Source of the DNA: Bdellovibrio sp.
GTDB lineage: Bacteria; Bdellovibrionota; Bdellovibrionia; Bdellovibrionales; Bdellovibrionaceae
Direction of reading: 5' to 3'
Length of the DNA stretch: 32,737 nucleotides
Assembly: GCA_046318155.1 (NCBI GenBank)
Contig: JBKCUU010000050.1
Coordinates: 1 to 32,737 of the forward strand
The notes beneath the pieces were generated by a model. That model worked only from the letters and a program-made list of their open reading frames with translations. It searched no databases and was not told the DNA's origin. A program made the translations under genes and the position numbers. This document shows, in pieces, positions 17,762 to 25,424 of the stretch; positions within the stretch are counted from its first letter, which is position 1; every line of letters starts with the position of its first letter.

Positions 17762-18772
17762 TCAGGGCGTGCTGGCGGTTCGAGTCGCGGGTGTCCCCTG
17801 GGCAAAATCTGCCACCAGGGCAACCGAACCTCGAGGCACACGCACCGGGTGTTTTTCAATCTGCACGGGAATATAGCCGAGGACGATCTCGGCGTTAAGG
17901 TCTTTAAGTGCTTTGCGTGTCACGCCAAGGTGATCGGCCAATTGATTCAAATCCGTACCACCGCGGACCATCACCAGTTCGTAGTCTAATGGTTCAAGCT
18001 TCACCATGTCACGAAAGCCATAAAGGCTAGGTGCTTTTGAAATCAGCATGGCCGCTAAGATTTTGGGAACATACTCTTGTGTCTCGAGTGGCAAAGCGCC
18101 TGCTCGCACAAGGGCCCAGTAGTCTTTTGTTTTGTGTTTTTTGATTTGGCGGCGCAAACCGTTTTCGCCCATGTTGTAGCTGGCAGCGACCAGATACCAA
18201 GAGCCAAACTCGGTGTACAAGTCGCGGATATACCTGATGGCGGCACGGGTTGCCTTTCGCAAGTCCTTGCGTTCATCAATCCACCAGCCAACGCGTAATC
18301 CGTAACGCTCAGCTGTCGGCTGGATAAATTGCCAAGGACCAACGGCAGAAGCGTGGCTTGTAGCATAAGGATCAAAGCCGCTCTCGATCATCACCATGAA
18401 GGCTAAGTCTTGAGGCAGACCTTCGTTGCGGAGCTCGCGCTGAATAAAGGGCATGTACTTGGTCGATTTCTCGATCCATCCACGAAACCAGTTTTTACCT
18501 TTGCTTTGAAAGTGACCTACCCAATGGCTGACTTTTGCGTTGTAGGTGACAGGCAAGTCAAAAACAAGAGAAGCCGAATGCAAAGGGGCCTGAATTTTTT
18601 TAGCAAGCAGTCGGTCGCGGAGCGTGAGCGCAGGCTTGGCTTCGATCGCCAGGACCGATGGGGAGAGCGCAGTCGTGCTATTGGGTATCGGCGCGGACCA
18701 AATCGGGCCGGAAAAAATCATCATGCTTATGCCGGCAACAATCTGTTTTGCGGAACACGTCTTTCGCTTCAT
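17762..18772 (-). CDS. Lytic transglycosylase, MltD-like (SLT domain plus LysM-like C-terminus)
   Basis: MVMIESGF (catalytic Glu), AVGPWQF, AASYNMGE, LPLETQEYVPK and a LysM-like LADHLGVTRKALKDLN. Signal peptide present. Confidence 0.92.
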   Translation of the reverse strand: MKRKTCSAKQIVAGISMMIFSGPIWSAPIPNSTTALSPSVLAIEAKPALTLRDRLLAKKIQAPLHSASLVFDLPVTYNAKVSHWVGHFQSKGKNWFRGWIEKSTKYMPFIQRELRNEGLPQDLAFMVMIESGFDPYATSHASAVGPWQFIQPTAERYGLRVGWWIDERKDLRKATRAAIRYIRDLYTEFGSWYLVAASYNMGENGLRRQIKKHKTKDYWALVRAGALPLETQEYVPKILAAMLISKAPSLYGFRDMVKLEPLDYELVMVRGGTDLNQLADHLGVTRKALKDLNAEIVLGYIPVQIEKHPVRVPRGSVALVADFAQGTPATRTASTP

Positions 18773-18878
18773 TTAATCATCATCCTGGAGGAATTGGGTG
18801 ATGTCATCTGGGCCAAAGTCCTAGGATTTTCTTTGACTGTGCTGTCAGGATCTTGACGGCTTTTGCAGCCGCCTTTTC

Positions 18879-18905
18879 TTATCGGTTGATCTGGGTGCGA
18901 ACTCA
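18879..18905 (-). promoter_or_regulatory. Sigma28-like promoter of the transglycosylase(-lysC) unit
   Basis: Minus strand reads TGAG-N15-ACCGATAA. Confidence 0.55.
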
Positions 18906-18952
18906 ATAGCGTGCCGCCAGTTCTGGCCTAGGCCATTGGCCTGATGGAACGT

Positions 18953-18969
18953 TCGGCATTGCGATTGCT
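18953..18969 (+). promoter_or_regulatory. Sigma54 promoter of the flg operon
   Basis: TCGGCATTGCGATTGCT = GG(18955-56)-N10-GC(18967-68). Confidence 0.75.
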
Positions 18970-18993
18970 TTTGTTTCTGTTTGAGGGGGACTG

Positions 18994-19806
18994 ATGAGCA
19001 TGAAGGGCGTCTTTACGGCATTGAGCGGCGCGATGGCACAATCGCAAAAGCTCGACACCATTTCCAATAACATTGCCAACGTCAACACTCCTTCATTTAA
19101 AAGAGATCAGCAGCTGTTTCGCGAGTACCTTACGGCCAACGAGAGACCGTCGGATGTCATTCAGGTTCCCCGTGTGCCGGCATCGATCGAGAGCTTTTAC
19201 GATATGCAAGGCGGCGACAATAGCTTTGTTGATCCCATCGGAACCTATACCGACTTTACTCAAGGTGGATTGAAAAACACAGGAAACGGTCTCGACGTTG
19301 CCATTGATGGCAAAGGATTTTTCGAGATCGCAACTCCCGGCGGCGTTCGCTTGAGCCGTCATGGTTCATTCACCGTCGACGGTAATGGAACGCTGGTGAC
19401 GAAAGACGGGTTTCCTGTTTTGGGCGCGGCTGAGGGCGGCGTTGATCCTGCGAGCCGGGTGATTCGATCGACAGGTGGGCCTTTGAATATCGCCGACAAC
19501 GGAGAGGTCTATGACGGCGACAACATTGTGGGACGTTTAAGCCTGGTCGATGTTGCGAACAAAGATTCGCTGCAAAAACTCGGCAATAGCTTTTATGACT
19601 TCAAGCCCAACTTCCAAGCTGAAGTGACTGTGGTCCAGAACCCCGCGCTCAAGCAAGGTTTCTTGGAATCCAGTAATGTGAACATCGTTCGCGAGATGAC
19701 AGACATGATTCAGACGACACGCGTGTTTGAAAGCACGCAAAAAGCGATCAGCGCGTACGACTCGATGGCTGAAAAGCTTGTGAATGTTGTACCAAAAACG
19801 TCCTAA
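18994..19806 (+). CDS. flgF: Flagellar basal-body rod protein FlgF
   Basis: SNNIANVNT, LDVAIDGKGFF and LESSNVN motifs. Directly precedes flgG. Confidence 0.9.
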   Translation: MSMKGVFTALSGAMAQSQKLDTISNNIANVNTPSFKRDQQLFREYLTANERPSDVIQVPRVPASIESFYDMQGGDNSFVDPIGTYTDFTQGGLKNTGNGLDVAIDGKGFFEIATPGGVRLSRHGSFTVDGNGTLVTKDGFPVLGAAEGGVDPASRVIRSTGGPLNIADNGEVYDGDNIVGRLSLVDVANKDSLQKLGNSFYDFKPNFQAEVTVVQNPALKQGFLESSNVNIVREMTDMIQTTRVFESTQKAISAYDSMAEKLVNVVPKTS

Positions 19807-19842
19807 GGACGTGAGTTGTTTAACGTCTTAGGAGGAGACTGA

Positions 19843-20628
19843 ATGATTAAGGCTCTCAATACGGCTGCGACCGGGATGCAAGCACAACAAACCAATATGG
19901 ATGTCATTTCCAATAACCTGGCCAACGTGTCGACGGCTGGTTTTAAGAAGTCGCGTGCCGAATTTGAAGATCTCATGTACCAAACGACAAAAGAACCAGG
20001 AGCGGCAACCGGCCTCAATTCAGTTTCTCCGACGGGCGTGCAAACGGGTCTTGGTGTTCGGACTGCGGCCATCCAACGTGACATGGCATCTGGCAATGCA
20101 AACATGACCAAGAATCCTTTGGATCTTCAAATTGAAGGTGCTGGATTTTTTCAAGTCCTGACTCCGGACGGGCAAGTCGGATACACGCGTGATGGTCAGT
20201 TTAAAAAAGATTCGCAAGGCCGCTTGACTGACAAGAATGCCAACGTTTTGCAACCCGAGATCACGATTCCGCCTGAAGCCTCGGCCATCGACATCGCGGC
20301 GTCTGGCGAAGTTCGAGTCACCATTGGCAATACCAATGAGGTTCGTCAAATTGGTCAAATTGATGTGGTCAACTTCGTCAATCCGACGGGTCTTAAAGCC
20401 ATGGGAAAAAACATCTACTTGCAGACGACTGCGAGTGGTCAGCCCATTACTGCAAGACCTGGATTGCAGGGAACCGGTTACTTAGCCCAAGGCCAAGTCG
20501 AATCTAGCAATGTGAACATCGTCGATGAGATGGTGAACATGATTTCGGCTCAGCGGGCCTACGAAACAAATAGTAAAGCCATTCAGGCCGCCGACCAAAT
20601 GCTCCAAGCCGTCAACAACTTGAGGTAA
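19843..20628 (+). CDS. flgG: Flagellar distal rod protein FlgG
   Basis: SNNLANVSTAGFKKSRAEFEDLMYQ and AQRAYETNSKAI motifs. Confidence 0.96.
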   Translation: MIKALNTAATGMQAQQTNMDVISNNLANVSTAGFKKSRAEFEDLMYQTTKEPGAATGLNSVSPTGVQTGLGVRTAAIQRDMASGNANMTKNPLDLQIEGAGFFQVLTPDGQVGYTRDGQFKKDSQGRLTDKNANVLQPEITIPPEASAIDIAASGEVRVTIGNTNEVRQIGQIDVVNFVNPTGLKAMGKNIYLQTTASGQPITARPGLQGTGYLAQGQVESSNVNIVDEMVNMISAQRAYETNSKAIQAADQMLQAVNNLR

Positions 20629-20634
20629 GCTGCG

Positions 20635-21627
20635 ATGAGATTGAACGTGCTTTTGACAATCTGTGCATTTGTGAACGTCGCTGGGGCCCAGCAGCTTGGT
20701 GTCGCCACGGTTGTTGCCAACACGAGGCGTCCCGAAATTGCGATCATGGCAAATCCTGTTCACGAAGTTTCGGCCGGTCTCGCCGTTCAGTTGCAGGACA
20801 TTGGCGGCGCCGATTTCATCGATCACAAGGCGCAAGCCCTAGCCGCCCGTACTGTTTTGCTTGAGGCTTTCTTTGCAGGTGAAGAAAGAATCTACACCAA
20901 TATTGATTTTGTTCGGTTGCTAAAAGAAAAAATCGCAACTCAGCCCGAGCTGGCAAATTACAAATTTACTTATTTTGTTCCGGAAAAAGTAAAAGTTCGG
21001 GGCGTCAAAAACTTAATCTCTGGCCGGCGGGTTGCCAGCGAAATCCTGACGACGCTCGTTCAAAAATGCGAAAGCTGCTCGTTCAAAATTAAAGATCTTA
21101 AGATTCCCAGTATTGAAAGCCGCGCAGATATGTACGCCTATGAAGTCGATACTTCAGCGTTAAAAATTACGGGTAGTTTTCTACTTCCCATTCGAGCTCA
21201 CTTTGAGTCTCAACAGAAAACTCTTTACGTGACGGGTTCTTTGCAGACCAAATCGAGAGCCTTCGTCACGACAAAAAATATGCAGATGGGCGAGAGGCTC
21301 GAATCGACCGAACTTCGAACCGAGGAGATCGAGTTGGGCTATGCCAGTGATGCGTTTGCAAGCGAACAAGACTTTCTCGGGCGCGTCTTGAATAAGGGCG
21401 TTAGCTTGGGGCGCCCCATTTACAAATCCGATCTTAAAAAAGAAATGGTCGTGAGCCGCGGGCAAATGATCCGCGTGCTTTCGGGCAACGAAATGTTTGA
21501 AGTGTCGAGCCAGATGCAAGCCGAGGAGTCGGGTGCTGTTGGTGATTACGTCAAACTCAAGAACACCGAGACCCAAAAAATGCTGTCGGGACAAGTGATT
21601 GAACGTGGCTTGGTGAGGGTTCAGTAA
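20635..21627 (+). CDS. flgA: P-ring assembly chaperone FlgA
   Basis: Signal peptide. C-terminal VVSRGQMIRV...AEESGAVGDYVKLKNTETQKMLSGQV. Operon position. Confidence 0.88.
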   Translation: MRLNVLLTICAFVNVAGAQQLGVATVVANTRRPEIAIMANPVHEVSAGLAVQLQDIGGADFIDHKAQALAARTVLLEAFFAGEERIYTNIDFVRLLKEKIATQPELANYKFTYFVPEKVKVRGVKNLISGRRVASEILTTLVQKCESCSFKIKDLKIPSIESRADMYAYEVDTSALKITGSFLLPIRAHFESQQKTLYVTGSLQTKSRAFVTTKNMQMGERLESTELRTEEIELGYASDAFASEQDFLGRVLNKGVSLGRPIYKSDLKKEMVVSRGQMIRVLSGNEMFEVSSQMQAEESGAVGDYVKLKNTETQKMLSGQVIERGLVRVQ

Positions 21628-22367
21628 TGAAGAATGCATGTCATCTTGGTCTGATGGTCTTCCTGACACTAGCAGCGGTGCTGTCGGTTGGCTGTGCGTC
21701 GATCTTTCAAGATGCAAAAGAATCCATGGGACTAATCCCGACGACAGCTGAGGGCGAGAATATCACCAAGTTCTCCGAAAACCCAAGTGTGCTGAATGTG
21801 GCGAACCGCAACTACAAACGCATGACTCGTCAGCGTATGGAAGAAGAGGCCGAGATTCATTCTCAAGCCGGTTCAATGTGGGTCAATGATGGACAAGCGG
21901 GATACCTATTTGCGCAAAACAAATCACGCCGCGAAGGGGATTTGCTCAATGTTAAAATTGAGGGAGCCGCACAGAAACAAATCGAGACAAAAGTCGCCGT
22001 TATCAAGAAACTCTTGAAGCAACTTGAAGAAGAAGAACTGAAGAGTCAAAAAGCCGGGCAGCAATTGGCAGATGGTGGAGCCGGAGAGGCCAAGCGTGCC
22101 CCTGCGGCAGCGGCAAAGCCTGAGGAAAAAGATGAGCCATTGTCTCTGGAAGCCATTCCTACTCGCATTGTCGAGCGCACTCCCGATGGCAACTACCGTG
22201 TCAAAGGCCAACAACCTTTTATGATCGGCAAACGTGAATACAAAGTGATCGTCACCGGACTTGTTCGGCCTGAAGATTTTAATGACGAAGGCATTGCATC
22301 CGGAAAACTTCTTGATCCTCAATACGACGTTGTGAGCATTCGCAAGAAAGAGAAAACGAGCTTATGA
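21627..22367 (+). CDS. flgH: L-ring lipoprotein FlgH
   Basis: Lipobox SVGC. GDLLNVKI, DGNYRVKG and VTGLVRPEDF motifs. Confidence 0.9.
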   Translation: MKNACHLGLMVFLTLAAVLSVGCASIFQDAKESMGLIPTTAEGENITKFSENPSVLNVANRNYKRMTRQRMEEEAEIHSQAGSMWVNDGQAGYLFAQNKSRREGDLLNVKIEGAAQKQIETKVAVIKKLLKQLEEEELKSQKAGQQLADGGAGEAKRAPAAAAKPEEKDEPLSLEAIPTRIVERTPDGNYRVKGQQPFMIGKREYKVIVTGLVRPEDFNDEGIASGKLLDPQYDVVSIRKKEKTSL

Positions 22368-23359
22368 AGTACTTCTTGATGTTGGCTCTTTTGACAGCAA
22401 GTTTGATGGCTGATGCGGCCAGGCTCAAAGACATTGCCGGCATTCGCGGCGTGCGTGAGAATCAGTTGATCGGTTACGGAATTGTTGTCGGACTCAAGGG
22501 CACCGGCGATGGTAAGACTGAGTTCACCTCAAAATCATTGGTTCGCATGCTCGACAAGCTTGGAATGAAGCTTGAAAATCAAAGTCTTGAATCTAAGAAT
22601 GCAGCGGCCGTCATCGTGACGGCCAACCTGCCGGCGTTTGGCAAAGCCGGGAATTCTTTGGATGTCACGGTCAGCTCGATTGGCGATGCTTCTTCGCTCG
22701 AGGGTGGAACACTTTTACAAACGCCTTTGCGAGCTGCAAACGAGCAAGTTTACGCTGTCGCGCAAGGGACGATTTCGATCGGCGGCGATGGAAAAAATTC
22801 GTTTACGACTGTTGGCCGTGTGCCCAATGGGGGCCTGATCGAAAAAGATGTGACCAGTGATTTCTCGTCGAGAAAAATGTTTCGCCTCACCTTGCACAAT
22901 CCTGATTTCATTACGGCTTCTCGAAGCGTGATGACGATCAACCGCGAATTGGGTGGCCAGTATGCTTCGGCGAAAGATGCCGGAACTATTGATATCGTCA
23001 CACCCTTTTCTTACGAGGGCCGGGGCGTCGAGCTCTTGGCGACCATCGAAGCGATTGAAATTAATCCCGACCAAAAAGCCAAGGTCGTGATCAATGAAAA
23101 GACAGGGACCGTGATCATCGGAGAACGCGTGAAGATCTCGCGCATTGCGATTGCGCACGGAAGTCTCTCGGTCAAAGTCATGACGAAGGATTCAAAAACG
23201 CCGATCGAACAGAAGGTCGCGGTCTTGGACCCCGGTGTTGCGGTGGGTGATTTGGTTCAAGCTTTGAACAAGCTCGGAGTCTCTCCAAAGGACCTGATTA
23301 CTCTACTTCAGTCCATCAAGGCAGCTGGAGCTTTGCACGGGGAACTCGAAATTTTATGA
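22364..23359 (+). CDS. flgI: P-ring protein FlgI
   Basis: RLKDI..GVRENQLIGYGIVVGLKGTGD, GGTLLQTPL and AAGALHGEL motifs. Confidence 0.97.
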   Translation: MKYFLMLALLTASLMADAARLKDIAGIRGVRENQLIGYGIVVGLKGTGDGKTEFTSKSLVRMLDKLGMKLENQSLESKNAAAVIVTANLPAFGKAGNSLDVTVSSIGDASSLEGGTLLQTPLRAANEQVYAVAQGTISIGGDGKNSFTTVGRVPNGGLIEKDVTSDFSSRKMFRLTLHNPDFITASRSVMTINRELGGQYASAKDAGTIDIVTPFSYEGRGVELLATIEAIEINPDQKAKVVINEKTGTVIIGERVKISRIAIAHGSLSVKVMTKDSKTPIEQKVAVLDPGVAVGDLVQALNKLGVSPKDLITLLQSIKAAGALHGELEIL

Positions 23360-23402
23360 AAATAAATTTTCGTTTTGACGCAGAATGTATGACAATAGTG
23401 AT

Positions 23403-23611
23403 AGCACCTTCGACAAGGATGTTGAAGATGCTCGGGGAGGGTGGGTCGGAGATCACAAACCAAGGACGGTCTGATCACTCACACAAAAGTTTCTCGCAGG
23501 AAACAGAAGCAATAGGTCAGCGGTTGCGAAGGATTCGCAGTCTGAGGCCGAAGCAGAGAGAGTTAAGTGCAGGATGCACGACGAACTCTGACTCAACTTC
23601 CCCTTTTTTTT
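23403..23611 (+). ncRNA. Putative CsrA-binding structured RNA (CsrB/RsmZ-like sponge or flgJ leader/attenuator)
   Basis: Five stem-loops with loop GGA at 23417, 23464, 23499, 23531 and 23572. A 16-nt helix (23434-23449 with 23588-23603) is followed by T8. Confidence 0.7.
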
Positions 23612-23656
23612 CTTCTCATGCCTTTTTGCAAAAGGCGATCGCAAATCAGGTCCAAC

Positions 23657-24385
23657 ATGGCCGTTGATGGATTGAAAGGCGGGGCCATGCCCCTGCGCAA
23701 AGCCTTCACGCCCGAGCAACAAGAAGCGCGGCTCAAAGATGTCTCGAAGCAGTACGAGAAGCAGTTTCTCGGCGAGATGCTGAAAGCCATGCGCGGGACA
23801 GTGCAAGAAGGCGGTTTGGTTAAAGTAAGCCAAGCCGAAAAAATCTTTCGCGATCAGCTCGATGGGGAGCACGTCGACAAGTGGGCCGACAAGGGCGGCA
23901 TCGGCCTGCAAGATATCATTTACGATCAACTGATGGACAAATACGGAACACAACTGGGAATCAAAACTCCTGTTGCAAAACCTCGTGGCCCCATTCCGCT
24001 TGGCGACAAGTCGAATTTTAGTGGCACCTTTGTTCAGCCACACGGAGCTGAGTCCAAACAAAAAGTGACTTACCGCTTTGATCGAACCTCGTTAAATGAA
24101 GTGCAGTTGCAGCAGCCTGGGCTGGGCTCAAATTTATCAGCGAACGCCTTGAAAGCCCCATGGGACGGGGTTTTGACGGGATCACAAAGGTTAGGCTCCG
24201 AAGAGCATTTAGTTGAGGTCAGCCATACCAACGGCCTTAAGAGCCAACTTGTTTTCAAAGGGCTTCCGAGTCCAGGCCTGACCGGAACAAGTGTGCAAGC
24301 AGGCCAAACAATTGGGGTTTTAAGCCCTGAGGCCAAAAGCTTTTTTTGGTCCGTTGAAAACGGACCGAAGTCTGTCTCAGAATGA
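23657..24385 (+). CDS. flgJ: FlgJ-like rod-binding protein with a degenerate M23-like C-terminal domain
   Basis: LKDVSKQYEKQFLGEMLKAMRGTV...IFRDQLD...GGIGLQDIIYDQL (Rod-binding domain). C-terminal KAPWDG..VEVSHTNGL..VQAGQTIG. Confidence 0.85.
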   Translation: MAVDGLKGGAMPLRKAFTPEQQEARLKDVSKQYEKQFLGEMLKAMRGTVQEGGLVKVSQAEKIFRDQLDGEHVDKWADKGGIGLQDIIYDQLMDKYGTQLGIKTPVAKPRGPIPLGDKSNFSGTFVQPHGAESKQKVTYRFDRTSLNEVQLQQPGLGSNLSANALKAPWDGVLTGSQRLGSEEHLVEVSHTNGLKSQLVFKGLPSPGLTGTSVQAGQTIGVLSPEAKSFFWSVENGPKSVSE

Positions 24386-24456
24386 TTTGGTCCAAAGTGT
24401 GCCATTATGATACCATTTTGAGAAGGCTCGAATGTTCCCCAGGGAGGATTTAAGAT

Positions 24457-24792
24457 ATGAAGATCACTCACAATAAAGTTGGACAGAATCTGAATCTGCG
24501 CGACACCGGTAAAGCGGAAAAGTCTGAAAAAGCGGGAGCCTCTGCAGCCGTGAACGTCAAAGACGTGAAGACCGATACACTCCAAAACTTAGGCACGCTA
24601 GATGCGGCCAAAGTTAATTTGTCATCGCGTGCGCAAGATATTAAGCGGGCCCAAGAGATTGCACGGCAGGCACCTGACGTGAATGAAGAAAAAGTGGCGC
24701 GCTTGCAAAAATTGATCGACGAAAAGAAGTACAAAGTGGACGCCAGTGAAATCGCCGGCAAGATGATCGACGAACAAGCTTCTTGGGAATAG
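24457..24792 (+). CDS. flgM: Anti-sigma28 factor FlgM
   Basis: KVNLSSRAQ and PDVNEEKVARLQKLIDEKKYKVDASEIAGKMI motifs. Confidence 0.93.
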   Translation: MKITHNKVGQNLNLRDTGKAEKSEKAGASAAVNVKDVKTDTLQNLGTLDAAKVNLSSRAQDIKRAQEIARQAPDVNEEKVARLQKLIDEKKYKVDASEIAGKMIDEQASWE

Positions 24793-24881
24793 TGATTATT
24801 GAAGACACAGACGATTGAGGAATAAGGACTGTTCTTCACTTGTCTTTAAAATAGACGAAGTTCTCTTAAGGGGAGCGTCTC

Positions 24882-25409
24882 ATGGAAGAGACCAAAGAGA
24901 AAAAAATCGAAGGGGCCTATGCGAAGTTGGTCTCCAACCTCGAGGACCTCACAAAGATCTACCGGACTTTGTTGGATTTAGTCCGAAAAGAGAAGGACCT
25001 TTTGATTGCCGCTGACCTCGAGGCACTGGGCGAAAACAACAAAGCGAAAGAAGCCTTGATCTACAAGCTCAGAGCGCAAGACTCGGCCCGCGAGCGTTAC
25101 GCGCGCGAGCTGGCCAATCTTATTGGCGCCGATGTCAAGCAGCCCCGCTTGCTTGACATCGCCCAGCGCCTTGAAGGTGCGGCCGGCGATCGTCTCCGTG
25201 CGATTCACTCAACACTTGAGATCCTCATCCGCCGAGTTTCCGAAATTAATAAAGAAAACGAAACGTACACCCAGAGCGCCTTGAACACTTTGAATGGAGC
25301 CATGGGAGAGATCAAAGAGACTCTCGCTCCGAAGAAGACATATGGCAGTCAAGGCAAGATGGCTCACGGACCTGAAAAGGCCGGCAACTTCGTCAGCAAA
25401 GAAGCCTGA
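24882..25409 (+). CDS. flgN: FlgK/L export chaperone FlgN
   Basis: Helical protein with EK..LI..D..AL and N..N..Y patterns, located between flgM and flgK. Confidence 0.88.
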   Translation: MEETKEKKIEGAYAKLVSNLEDLTKIYRTLLDLVRKEKDLLIAADLEALGENNKAKEALIYKLRAQDSARERYARELANLIGADVKQPRLLDIAQRLEGAAGDRLRAIHSTLEILIRRVSEINKENETYTQSALNTLNGAMGEIKETLAPKKTYGSQGKMAHGPEKAGNFVSKEA

Positions 25410-25424
25410 CGGCAAGGGAAGAGA

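Noticed and set aside
23375..23402. Sigma70 promoter for the GGA-hairpin RNA (TTGACG)
   Set aside because: No acceptable -10 at 16-18 bp spacing, so independent transcription cannot be claimed.
23567..23656. Upstream extension of flgJ
   Set aside because: It runs through the hairpin and U-tract. ATG 23657 is the more plausible start.
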